Source: Octopus sinensis (lineage: Eukaryota). Taken from it: DNA of 64,000 bases. The notes under the pieces were generated by a model. That model did no database searches. It saw nothing but the letters and a program-made list of their open reading frames with translations, and was not told where the DNA came from. Positions within the stretch are counted from its first letter, which is position 1, and each line of letters begins with the position of its first letter. Below are positions 36,700-49,303 of the stretch, in pieces. Made by a program: the position numbers and the translations under genes. The stretch covers positions 186,001 through 250,000 of the forward strand of contig NW_021836291.1 in NCBI RefSeq assembly GCF_006345805.1, read 5' to 3'.

Positions 36700-38830
36700 T
36701 CCGGCTCCGCCCATCCCGATCATGAGGCCCATTGCGGTCGGTTACGTCTTCAGGATACTCTTGGCCAAAATAATGTCCCGCAGGGTGGTTCCTTCCCTGA
36801 GTCAGGAGTTCCTTCCTATTCAGTACGGTGTCAACGTCAAAGGTACCTGCAAAATTCTTGCGCACGGTATTTGCTAACTTGTCCAGTCGAAGCACGAAGG
36901 CTGCAAATTCATCGTAAAGTTGGACCTTAGTAACGCTTTTAACTTCGTTCGCCGAGACCATCTACTCGAAGTGGTCTCGGTAGGTTGACCAGAGATCTCC
37001 CAAATCGCAAAGCTGGTGTACTCTTCCCAAGTTGCTTCCTGATCCACGACGAACTGGTATTTGGATGAGGTGGACATACAGAGGTCGTTATGGAAAAGAT
37101 AAAAAGAATGACTTCTGGTATCTTCAAGGTTGGAATATTTTTAAACGGCTGCAAATGCGAACTTGTCAATATTTTCTTTGCCCCCACCGCTCTCTACCAT
37201 ACATTCTCCTCTCTTAATAGTCTGATCGATGAGTTAAGGCTTACATAAACCAGTGATCTAGTCATATCGGGCTTTCCAATCTCCGCCGATGACTTAGCAA
37301 AAACTGCTTACTGATCGGATATGTGAGCCTGGCTTACATCTGGCATTTTTCCAATTGAAGAACTTCCTTTTTGTCCCCAGACTGACCTATTTTTTTAAAT
37401 CATATCTTCTCAGAATCAAATAATCGTAATCATACAGTCATACGGCAATTCTAGACATCACTATTTCCATGCTGAAGCATATATCGAAGAGACGCAAATC
37501 TCACAACATCCCTGTGAAGATCCACAAGGCATCACAAGCTGTTGCGGCCGATGCTTTATCAACATGCATTGACGCTGCGATTTTGTCTAAAGACGAACAG
37601 GACTGTATCCGTCTTCTGAGCTTTGCTCCCTGGGCTCTTTGTGCCCATATGAAAGCTAATTGGGATACGAAATCTTCAGCCAGCCGAATGAAAAAAAAAC
37701 ATCCACTCCTTCATGGCTCGGAAATAATGCTCAAATTTGCCCCCACTCCAATCATCAAAGTCACACAAACAGAGTCAAAGTCGCAAACATAAAAGCCCAG
37801 AAGCCCAATAACTCCGCTTACGCAAAATGATCCATTCTAAACTTAGCGAGGGCGAAGTACGGGCAGCCCTCAGAGTTATTTCGTCTCACAATGGAACACT
37901 CAACTCGTCTCGGTAAGTATCTGAGGCTTTATTTGAAAAACATCCACCGTTACCCGTAGACCTACGCGTCTGTCCCCACCCTGTCAAACAACTGCTTTTA
38001 TTTTTTTGGCTGAAAATGTTTCTATCGGGATCCACTCTTTCGCTCCGTGCAGCAGCAGAGAAACCGACGGGCTCCGCCCTGGACATCTGAAGGACTTAAT
38101 TGCCCACACCGTGGGTGAGGCCGGTACACGTCTGCTCAAATCAATTACCTGTCTGATAAATCAACTGCTCCGAGGAAATCTGCCGGATAAAATCCGTCAC
38201 AAACTTTTTTCAGCAAATATCATTGCTTTTGGCAAAAAATGAGGAGGGAACCGCCCAATTGCGGTCGGCTTTGTCTTCAGTCGGCTTGAAGTCAACATCG
38301 CATGCAAGAAAATTATTCCCACCATCGCTGCAAAGCTCAACTTAGTACAACTCAGCGTCGGCGTGCCTGGAGGATGTGAATTTGCAGTTCATGCTATCGG
38401 CACATTTTCAGATGCGTACATGAAATCCCCATGTCCAAACATATTGATCAAGCTTGACATCAGAAATGCATTCAACAGTATTCGCCGAGACAGAGTTTTG
38501 GAGGCCTGCTCTGAGTATTGTTTTTCATTATTTGACATAACTTTCCAATCTCCGCAGATGGCATAGCAAAAGCCTCATCGTTTAAATGGGATAAAATTAA
38601 ACTGCTTACTAATCAGATCGTGAGCTTGGGTCATTGTTAATTCCTAAATCACCGGTGACGGTTTTACTCGTGTCAGCCTACCTACACGTTTCTGGGGAAT
38701 CGGGATCCGCTCTTGTGCGGATCTGGCCCTTCCCTGCTATTTTTCTTGCACGTCGGATTCCGGGAATCCGTATATTCAGTTCTTATTCCTCCCCTGAACT
38801 GACCCTCAGGCTCTTGATTATTCTTTGAGT
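36700..38830 (+). mobile_element. Patchwork of decayed CRE fragments from at least two subfamilies
   Basis: RPIAVGYVFR (36725), DGLRPGHLKDL, RPIAVGFVF, KLDIRNAFNSIRR and RVSLPTRF-GIGIRS segments, all broken. Confidence 0.8.
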
Positions 38831-38889
38831 TACTTACTTTTTCTGTTCTCATATTCTTTAAAAAAAATTTTCCGGGATAACTATATACT

Positions 38890-39127
38890 TTTTTTTTTTA
38901 AACCTGTTTTTATTTGCAAGAAAGAAATTAAAGATAGCTAAGTTAATTAAAGGCCTCATGAGACACCCGACCAGCCTCGCGAATGGCGAAGCCGTTCCCT
39001 CGGATCACAGCAATCGACAGACGTTCCAGGAGCCAAGAAAACTCTCTTGGATCGTGACTAGTCCTTGAAATCCGTCGACCGAGCGAGCGAAGGAAGCGGA
39101 GTGTCTTGGGACCGAAGATCCCGGAGG
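38890..39127 (-). mobile_element. CRE 3' fragment (another subfamily) with poly(A) tail
   Basis: HDPREFSWLLERLSIAVIRGNG; 10-bp TSD ACTATATACT. Confidence 0.85.
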
Positions 39128-39410
39128 ACTATATACTATACAGGTTTAAGACATGAATAGGAAAAAGCATAGAATATCCCAATTAAAACAAACAGAACAA
39201 AATTTAGTCTGACAAATAAAAGAACATGTTGCACAATGACTTTAAAGTTGCTTAAATGATGAATCCAAATCTATAAATGAAAGTAGTTACTAATGCAAGA
39301 ATCAAAGTCGATCAATCAATAAACTTATGTTTAAGTGAGAATGAATAAATAATGACAAAACATCAAATACAGCCGAACTAAGTTATTAAAAAAGCAAGAT
39401 GAGTTTTATA

Positions 39411-41700
39411 CATCACTGACTTGTTAGAAAATAGTTAGGACTAATCGTATTTTGAGAGATATTAGTCTCAGGGCAAATAATCGTAATCCTTCAATCATAC
39501 GGCAATTCCAGACATCACTGACTTGTAAAAAATAGTTAGGACTAATCGTATTTTAAGAGATATTAGTCTCAGGGCAAATAATCGTAATCATACAATCATA
39601 CGGCAATTCCAGACATCACTGACTTGTAAAAAATAGTTAGGACTAATCGTATTTTAAGAGATATTAGTCTCAGGACAAATCATCGTAATCATACAATCAT
39701 ACGGCAATTCCAGACATCACTGACTTGTAAAAAATAGTTAGGACTAATCGTATTTTAAGAGATATTAGTCTCAGGACAAATCATCGTAATCATACAATCA
39801 TACGGCAATTCCACATCACTGACTTGTAAAAATAGTTAGGACTAATCGTATTTTAAGAGATATTAGTCTCAGGACAAATCATCGTAATCATACAATCATA
39901 CGGCAATTCCAGACATCACTGACTTGTAAAAATAGTTAGGACTAATCGTATTTTAGAGATATTAGTCTCAGGGCAAATAATCGTAATCATACAATCATAC
40001 GGCAATTCCAGACATCACTGACTTGTAAAAAAAGTTAGGACTAATCGTATTTTAAGAGATATTAGTCTCAGGACAAATCATCGTAATCATACAATCATAC
40101 GGCAATTCCAGACATCACTGACTTGTAAAAAATAGTTAGGACTAATCGTATTTTAAGAGATATTAGTCTCAGGGGAAATAATCGTAATCATCAATCATAC
40201 GGCAATTCCAGACATCACTGACTTGTAAAAATAGTTAGGACTAATCGTATTTTAAGAGATATTAGTCTCAGGGCAAATAATCGTAATCATACGGCAATTC
40301 CAGACATCACTGACTTGTAAAAAATAGTTAGGACTAATCGTATTTTAAGAGATATTAGTCTCAGGACAAATCATCGTAATCATACAATCATACGGCAATT
40401 CCAGACATCACTGACTTGTAAAAAATAGTTAGGACTAATCGTATTTTAAGAGATATTAGTCTCAGGGCAAATAATCGTAATCATACAATCATACGGCAAT
40501 TCCAGACATCACTGACTTGTAAAAAATAGTTAGGACTAATCGTATTTTAAGAGATATTAGTCTCAGGCAAATAATCGTAATCATACTACGGCAATTCCAG
40601 ACATCACTGACTTGTAAAAATAGTTAGGACTAATCGTATTTTAAGAGATATTAGTCTCAGGCAAATAATCGTAATCATACAATCATACGGCAATTCCAGA
40701 CATCACTGACTTGTAAAAAATAGTGGACTAATCGTATTTTAAGAGATATTAGTCTCAGGGCAAATAATCGTAATCATACGGCAATTCCAGACATCACTGA
40801 CTTGTAAAAATAGTTAGGACTAATCGTATTTTAAGAGATATTAGTCTCAGGGCAAATAATCGTAATCCTTCAATCATACGACAATTCCAGACATCACTGA
40901 CTTGTAAAAATAGTTAGGACTAATCGTATTTTAAGAGATTTAGTCTCAGGGCAAATAATCGTAATCATACAATCATACGGCAATTCCAGACATCACTGAC
41001 TTGTAAAAAATTTAGGACTAATCGTATTTTAAGAGATATTAGTCTCAGGGCAAATAATCGTAATCCTTCAATCATGCGGCAATTCCAGACATCACTGACT
41101 TGTAAAAAATAGTTAGGACTAATCGTATTTTAAGAGATATTAGTCTCAGGGGAAATAATCGTAATCATACGGCAATTCCAGACATCACTGACTTGTAAAA
41201 AATAGTTAGGACTAATCGTATTTTAAGAGATATTAGTCTCAGGGAAAATAATCGTAATCATACAATCATACGGCAATTCCAGACATCACTGACTTGTAAA
41301 AAATAGTTAGGACTAATCGTATTTTAAGAGATATTAGTCTCAGGGAAAATAATCGTAATCATACAATCATACGGCAATTCCAGACATCACTGACTTGTTA
41401 GAATATAGTTAAGACTAATCGTATTTTAAGAGATATCAGTCTCAGGAAAAATAATCGTAATCATACAATCATACGGCAATTCCAGACATCACTGACTTGT
41501 TAGAATATAGTTATAACTAATCGTATTTTAAGAGATATCAGTCTCAGGAAAAATAATCGTAATCATACAATCATACGGCAATTCCAGACATCACTGACTT
41601 GTTAGAATATAGTTATAACTAATCGTATTTTAAGAGATATCAGTCTCAGGGAAAATAATCGTAATCATACAATCATACGGCAATTCCAGACATCAATGAC
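39411..41700. repeat. Tandem array of ~23 x 101-bp units
   Basis: Unit CATCACTGACTTGTAAAAAATAGTTAGGACTAATCGTATTTTAAGAGATATTAGTCTCAGGGCAAATAATCGTAATCATACAATCATACGGCAATTCCAGA repeated head to tail with no unique spacers. Confidence 0.98.
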
Positions 41701-42079
41701 TAGAAATTAAACTTATTTATTTGTGTTAATATTCAATCATCGGAATTTGATGACAACCACAAGAAAACTCTAGTCTGTAAAACGTGCAATCCATATTAAA
41801 ACTATTTATTATTAATGTTAAAATTAAAAAATAAAAGTTAGAAAATCAATAATTCATTTTTATTAATCTCTTCAAATTTATTTCATCCGTGAAAAAATGT
41901 GTCGCCGTCATCAGTAATTGATGGAGAGCTGAATACAAACGTTCCACCGAACACATAGTGGCAATTAGTTAAAACTTTCCCTAAAACAAAACATTCCATT
42001 TCCGTTAGTTTTTTACAAAATTTTATTCTATACCATTTTCATGTCAATTTGGCACTTATGAACCCCAAATTTACAATTA

Positions 42080-42475
42080 CAAATTTCAAATGTCATCTGG
42101 ATAATTCAATTTGTCGATTATAAATTTCAAATGTCATCTGAAAAATCAATTTGTCAATTATAAATTTCAAATGTCATCTGAAAAATCAATTTGTCAATTA
42201 AAATTTCAAATGTCATCTGAAAAAATCAATTTGTCAATTGTAAATTTCAAATGTCATCTGAAAAAATCAATTTGTCAATTATAAATTTCAAATGTCATCT
42301 GAAAAAATCAATTTGTCAATTATAAATTTCAAATGTCATCTGAAAAAATCAATTTGTCAATTGTAAATTTCAAATGTCATCTGAAAAAATCAATTTGTCA
42401 ACTATAAATTTCAAATGTCATCTGAAAAAATCAATTTGTCAATTATAAATTTCAAATGTCAACTGGATAATTCAA
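42080..42475. repeat. ~10 tandem copies of a 41-bp unit (left arm)
   Basis: TAAATTTCAAATGTCATCTGAAAAAATCAATTTGTCAATTA. The reverse complement recurs at 43620-43773 and 46856-46935. Confidence 0.95.
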
Positions 42476-43773
42476 TCATCTGCAAAACTCAAATTTACAA
42501 TTTTGAAATTCAAGTTTGCATTTTATCAAAATATTGTATATACTAATCAACTATAAACTAATTGTAATCATATTATGGGAAACAGAACAAATTTTATTTG
42601 GTAAATAAATTTGGTAAATTAAAAATCAAAAAGGTCTTCACCACGAGTAACTCGGGAATAATACCTTTCAACCCGGTTAACAAATCCCATTAATTTTTGT
42701 GGTGTTAGAACCTTTTTTGCCTCTCCTGCGATTTCTTCCAACATTTTTAGCCTATATTCAGAAATTGAAGAACCATCCGAAGTTTTCTTATATTTGAGAA
42801 TTATTGGCTACTTTTCTCTTAGCATTTTTTTACTTCTGCTTTGAAAGTATTCCAGGCTAATTCAATTGGGTTTAATAAGTAGGAATATGGAGCCAATCGT
42901 AAAAGTTCAATATTTTCTTCTTGATCAACAACTGATTCCAATTGATTGTGAACAGGTGCATTGTCAATTATAAAAGTGGGATCTTGTACGCCTGAAGGCC
43001 TGCATTCATTAATTAACTCTTTCATCCATTTTTTACAATCTTCTCCTCTGTAAGAACCTCTTTTGCATTGAAAATTAAACAATGTTGAAGCAGACATTGC
43101 ATTTATACAATGTAAGTTAGAGCCTCTCAAATTTGGAGTAATGACAAAAGAACGAGATCCTATTTTTGATCGTCCTTCTTTTCTCTTACAATATAAATTA
43201 AAATTAGATTCATTGATCCAAATTAAAGTTCTTCCAGCAGACCTTGCTTTAAACAAGCAATCCAAATAATATATTCTTTTTTCTTTATTTTCAGGTGAAT
43301 TTACATTTGCAGCTATTGGTCGACAGGTTTTGAGAGAAATTAATCCCCGTCAAGCCAATTTTTTACTGTTATAACCGACACAGACATTGAATAATTATTT
43401 CGTATTTTCTCCGCACATTCTTTCAAAGTGATCTGAGGATCAGCTTCAATCCAACTGATTAATTCATTTATATTTATTTGATTTTTTTTGAATGTCTTTT
43501 ACCTTCTCTTGGATGTCTTTCTTTATCTTTATTTCATCCAATGATAAGCTGTTCTCAAATTAACTCAAGAGAGGAACATAGAGACTGTCAATCGCCAAAA
43601 TTTTCATATGTTTCAAGTATTTCAGATGACATTGACAATTGATTTTTTCAGATGACATTTAAGTTTGTTATTGACAAGTTGAATTATGCAGATGACATTT
43701 GAAGTTTGTTATTGACAAATTGAATTATCCAGATGACATTTGAAATTTATAATTGACAAATTGAATTATCCAG

Positions 43774-46700
43774 AAATTGAATCATTATTCTATCATCTAT
43801 TAATCTATCCTGTCGTTATCATTCTATTAATCGTTCCTTTTCCTTTTTCTTTCGCTTTATTGCATCATTCTTTACATGGCAACTTGTTCCTCTTGTAAAT
43901 CATCCAATTCCCGCAAGAAGGGCCGCTTGTGCTCCTCTTGCGATCTGTACTTCCATCTATCCTGCGTCGGGCTCTCCAGGGCCAGCTCGGCCGTTATCCA
44001 ATGCTGGAAGTGCCCGAGTTGCCTTGGTCTACCCAAACGCATATCCCCAATTCCCGGGAGCCATTTTACCCCTCTCTCAATTCCTCAAATCCTTATCTGC
44101 TTTCCGAAGCGAATCATTCATCCCAGTAAGGATTCCAAAATCGGCCAGACCCACTGTGGCCAAGTCCCTCGCAGCCTTGATCGACCAGGCGCTGGCTTCC
44201 AGCGCTCCTGACCCTTGGTTCAAGCTGTTCTCTTTCTTTCCCGTTTGCCTCAATTCTTCTCCTATGCGCTCATGCGCTGCTAATCACGTTTCTTCTGCCC
44301 AGCGGATTAAGGACCGTTGTACATCTTACGTCCACTCAGAGTTCAACTCTGATTGGCTGTCTGTCTCTCTTACGCCCCCTTGTAAGGAGGCACCTTCAAA
44401 ACGGCCCGGTCTCGCAGAATTGCGCTTTTCCCGGGCAGTCCGAAGCAAACTCCTCCAGGGCGATATCTCTGGAGCAGTGCGCGCAATTTCATCCAACTCC
44501 TCTGTGGCTCCTCGGTGTGATGCTGTCCTGAATCAACTCCGCAGCAAACACCCCCAAGCTCCCACCGACCTCCGTGCAACACCGACGTTAGTTTCGGCTC
44601 CGTCCAACCCGATAACCTCGTCTGAGGTTTCGGCCGCTCTCGGGTCTTTTGCGCCCAGTAGCAGCGGCGGGATAGACGGTGTAAAGCCCATCCACCTACG
44701 CGATCTCCTGAGCCCATTGACCCACGAATCCGGAAAAGACCTGCTATCTTCTGTCACTCGTCTTTGTTCGCACATTGTCTCGGGCGAGATTCCAACCGTC
44801 GCCAGAGATCTTCTTTTCTCTGCTGGCCTCATTGCCCTGTCGAAAGCCGATGGCGGCGTGAGGCCCATTGCGGTCGGTAACGTTTTCAGGAGACTCTCGG
44901 CCAAGATAATGTCCCGCAGGGTGGTTCCCCCCCTGAGTCTGGAGTTTCTCCTTTCCAGTACGGTGTCGGCGTCCAAGGTGCCTGCGAAATTCTCGCGCAC
45001 GGCACTCGCCAACTTGTCCAGTCAAAGCCAGAAGACTGCAAGTTCATCGTGAAGCTGGACGTCAGCAACGCATTCAACTGCGTCCGCCGGGACCATCTGC
45101 TCGAAGTGGTCTCGGCACGTTGCCCCGTTCTCTTCCCAATTGTAAAGCTGGCATACTCTGCCCCAAGCTGCCTTCTGATCCATGATCAGATCATCATGTC
45201 AGAATGCGGCATTCAGCAGGGTGACCCACTGGGCCCATTGCTGTTTGCCCTCTCCGTTGACCACATTGCACGGAACCTTTCTTCCACTGTTAACTTCTGG
45301 TACCTGGACGACGTGACGATCGGTGGACCTACAGAGGTCGTTATGGAAGACGTTAAGAGAATCACTTCCGGTTTCTCCAAGATCGGACTATCTCTTAACG
45401 GCGAAAAATGCGAACTCGTAAACATTTCTCTTGCCCCCGCCGCTCTCCGCAACACATTCTCCTCTCTCAGCAGCCTGATCGTTGGGTTAAGGCTAACGCC
45501 CACCAGCGATCTAGTTATCTTGGGCTCTCCAATTTCCGCTGAAGGCATAGAAAATGCCTTATCGTCTAAATGGGACGAAATTAAACTACTCACTGATCGG
45601 ATCCGTGGGCTTGGCTCGCATCTTGCGTTTTTCTTGTTGAAGAACTTTCTTTTCGTCCCCAGACTGACCTATATTCTCCGTTCCTCCCCGTGTTTCGCTG
45701 CCACAGACTCATTATCCAGAATCGATAATCTTGTCCACCAATCGCTAACATTCCACCTCAATTTGAGGTTCACTGGTGACGGTTTTACCCGTGCCAGTTT
45801 ACCAACTCGCTTCGGGGGGATCGGGATCCGCTCTTGTGCGGACCTGGCCCTACCCTGCTATCTCTCATCCATGTCGGCTTTCAGGAATTCCGTTTGCTCA
45901 GTTCTACTTCCCTCTCTCGAACTTAATGAGCTCTCGGAATTCTCATCTGCATGCCGTACGTGGTGCTCACTCGACCTTGATTTTCCCACGATCCCTTCAG
46001 TTCAAAGGGGCTGGGACGAAATTCTCTGCTCGAACACATTACGAAAACTTCGCTCCAAGTCGGACCAACTCCAGCTGGCCACCCTTAACTGCGCCTGTCA
46101 GCCGCACACGGGTGACTGGCTCAAAGCTCTCCCCACTCCTAGTACGGGGTTACTACTGGACGACGAATCCTTGCGGATTGGGATCAGCTTACGATTGGGT
46201 TTGGACATCTGCCAGCCCCACCCTTGCCGGTGCGGGTCCTCAATTTCGTCAAACGGCTTGCACGCCTTGTCGTGTAAGAAGAGTGCCGGGAGAATTCCCC
46301 GTCACACTCATCTGAATGACGTTGTGGAGGAGGGCTCTAGAGTCGGCTGGTTTCCCTTCCACCCTAGAGCCAGTCGGCCTTTCCCGGAGCGACGGCAAGC
46401 GTCCCGACGGGATGACGACCTTTCCTTTTAGGGAAGGCAAGTCCCTGGTTTGGGATGCCACGTGTGTCGACTCTTTTTCGGCGACAATGCTTCCCAGGAC
46501 TGTCGCAAACCCGGGTTCCGCCAGTGCGCTGGCTGAAGAGACAAAGATGACGAAATACCGGTGTATTTCGGACGCTTTTGAGTTTGCCCCCCTCGCCTTC
46601 GAAACCTCTGGAATCGTCGGAAAGGCTGCGACTCAACTCCTCACCGCCATTGGTAGAAAAATCTCCACAAAAACAAACGACCGGAGGGAGACGAGCTGGC

Positions 46701-46855
46701 TGTTCCAGCGAATCTCGGTTGCTGTGCTCCGCGGAAACTGCCACTCAATACGCAGCGCGGCATCGTTGAGCTGACCCTCAGGCCCTCGACAATTCCCTTA
46801 GCCACCCAATTGCTTACTTTTTTCTTTCTAATTATGTTTTTTTTTATAATTAATC
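43774..46855 (+). mobile_element. Near full-length CRE-clade retrotransposon (subfamily A): PHD finger, RT and RLE in one ~960-codon frame broken by a few indels
   Basis: ATG at 43876 starts C4-H-C3 (CSSC..CSSC-DLYF-H-LS-C..CPSC). RT motifs RPIAVGNVFRR, QQGDPLGPLLF and WYLDD. RLE motifs CRCG..HALSC..RHTHLND, GKRPDG..WDATC and AFETSG. Stop at 46774. Confidence 0.95.
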
Positions 46856-46973
46856 ATTATCCAGATGACATTTGAAATTTATAATTGACAAATTGAATTA
46901 TCCAGATGACATTTGAAGTTTGTAATTGTCAAATTGACTTGAAAATGGTATAGTTCATTCTTTTTTCGATATA

Positions 46974-47923
46974 CAGTAAAACCTCTGGTGCTCGCCACCT
47001 CTGTTACTCGCCACCTCTACTGCTCGCCACATTTTTTTTAAAAAATTAAAAATTTCTAGTAAATTTTGATAAATATTCTATTGCTCGCCATTTTCTAAAT
47101 CTCGCCATTAATTTTTAAAAATATTTTTTTTAGGTAAACTATTTTTTATATAAAAGTTGATCAGAAACAAGAAATTGATGCATTTATTTCTTTGATCTCT
47201 GCAAAGATTCAATAATATAATGCTGAAAACATTTATAACGCTGATGAAACTGGAAACCTTAAAAGACAGTCTTCTTTTTACATATTTTGCCTGAAAAAAA
47301 GTAACGACCAAAACAATTAAAAATTGTTTCGGACATTCAAAATGGATCGAATGTGAAAATCAACTCGAAAGACAAACTGTTGAAATTGATAATTATGATC
47401 AAATGATAAATATCTTGAAAATATTGAACCCGGTGGATAAAGATGATTTTAGTAATCATGAATTTACCGAAATAGATGAAATTGAAGATTACCTTAATAT
47501 TGCTGGAGATTCTTTCCCACAAAATTATGACGATGAAGATACTTATAATGACGAATCTCATGTGAATTCAGAAGAGGCTTTGAAAATGTTGAAAAGAATA
47601 AAGTCATTCTTTTATCAAAATGAAAATTTTGATATAAATTCGTTGGAACTAATCGACACCGTCATTAGAAATATGGCTAAATTAAAAAAACTATTAAGGA
47701 TTTTTTAGTTAATTTTTTCCTTCTAATTTCTTTCGATTCTCTTTGTTTCTTTACTCAAATATGACTTAGAAGGCTTACTTATGATCGGAAAGTATCGAAA
47801 ACCGAGATGTTTTCAAAATTTCAAAGTCAAAAAATTTATTGATTATTTACATTGCTCGCCAAATTCTATTGCTCGCCATTTTTTCTTTGGTCCCGAAAAT
47901 GGCGAGCACCAGAGGTTTTACTG
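46974..47923 (+). mobile_element. 950-bp deletion derivative of the Tigger family at 30245
   Basis: Same TIR CAGTAAAACCTCTGGTGCTCGCCA, TA TSD, and high identity to 30245-31650 in reverse orientation. Confidence 0.93.
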
Positions 47924-48789
47924 TATTCATTTATTTTACAAGTATCTTTCTCTCGATCAAGTGTTCTTACAAACTTTATGTTTTCTACATAGAAAAGTTG
48001 CTGGACTCAATATTACTAAGAGTATCAACAGGTAAAAAATGTGGATTCTATATCTTTATTAAATTATTAGCAAGTGTTTTTTTTATCGGAGCCAGCTTCC
48101 CCAATAGGTTTTTAAAGTATGGAGAAATTAATTTGTCCACTACAGGATAATTTAAATTTTTCCATAATTGAAATATTTTTTGGGGTAAATCATTTTTTTC
48201 CAAAAAGTATTTTTATAGAATGTTATACAAATATCGCATAAATTAAATATAAAGTTCCACCGAAAGTAAATGAAAATTCATTAGGAAATTCTTTGATAAT
48301 TCTAGAAGTTTACTTATGCAATACAACAACAATCAAATAATAGTCAGAGTTGTTGAAAATTTTATATTTATATATTTTTAATATATTGCTCTTGCTATGA
48401 CTTGTGACTGGGTCGTTTTCTAGTTTAATAATAATTGTGTTAACAAGTTATCTATTAAAGAAGGAACTCAATCCTACACACAGTCATTCGTCTTTAAGAA
48501 AATAGTGAAGAGAATGACGATTGAACACAAGTACAGAATTAGCATCACTAAAGAAGGAGTAAATTTTGCCAGTAGCTTTCTAATTGAGATCATTTGTATG
48601 AAGACAATTTGGAAAGTGAGACAAAAACAGTCGAAAATGATTTGGAGAAAAAGGACAAAGGAGTGTTAAATAACTATTTTGACATCTTATACTAAACTAA
48701 TACGTTATCTTCCAAAATAGCCTAAATATCATTTTCAAATATTTATTATCAAGGGCATTCCCGAAAAATAATAAAGTTAATTAAGACTC

Positions 48790-49010
48790 CCAGTAATGTG
48801 TTTCTTGAAATTTTTTCCGTTATCTCAACAAGGATTTTCTGTTGCGCGTAATTTCTCTAAGGTTGTACAGATTGTCCGGTATCTTTAGTCGAAGATCAAC
48901 CGCCAATAGGTTTCTATTCAAGATGGTTGGAAGTGTCGCTCTTGGTCTTCCACCAAATTTAGACTGTTTGCGAAAGAAATGATCCTTTGAAACATTTTCC
49001 AATAATCAAT
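48790..49010 (-). mobile_element. 3' fragment of an RTE-like LINE
   Basis: GGRPRATLPTILNRNL parallels RPRITLPTVL in the 18330-19423 element. Confidence 0.5.
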
Positions 49011-49303
49011 TCAAATAAATAAAATCATTTGCAACCAATTTTACTTATCATCCTTAATACAACAAAGTGATTAGTAATTTTATCGAATGACTTTTATATT
49101 TACAGTGGACTCCTCTGAAAAAATTTTTCCTTTCTTGACAATTTTTTTACTTCGAACTAAATGGTTTTAAATCTTGACAAGTTTTCCGGTTTTTCGGTCT
49201 TTTTGTGACTTTTTGAAGGGTAATCATTTTATTTTTTAAAATTAAATATTATAACTTTATTTAAAGATTTATTTTTAAAATTATTAAGCACGCCACATTG
49301 TTA

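Larger units (their letters stand above)
42031..46950 (-). mobile_element. IS630/Tc1-like transposon with internally repetitive inverted arms; CRE inserted in one arm
   Basis: Ends C-TA|TACCATTTTCA...TGAAAATGGTA|TA-G. DDE_3 motifs WINESNFN, IIDNAPVH and APYS-LLNPIE-AW at 42819-43265. ~41-bp repeats in both arms in inverted orientation. Confidence 0.88.

Noticed and set aside
39411-41700. CRISPR-like array
   Set aside because: Units are contiguous with no unique spacers, there are no cas genes, and the context is eukaryotic.
39411-41700. Tandem spliced-leader or snRNA genes as a CRE target
   Set aside because: I found no convincing splice donor plus Sm site on either strand, and no CRE is inserted within the array.
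44370-46769. Long antisense and alternate-frame ORFs over CRE copies (also 4263-5079, 20470-22062)
   Set aside because: These are shadows of GC-rich coding sequence with no independent motifs.
43876-46774. Programmed frameshifting in the CRE ORF
   Set aside because: Breaks are single-base indels, often in homopolymers. The one at ~46325 is absent from the sister copy, which has different indels, so sequencing error or decay is more likely.
42031-46950. Fanzor/TnpB cargo in the IS630-like element
   Set aside because: The only extra ORF is the CRE; no RuvC or TnpB zinc-finger motifs were seen.
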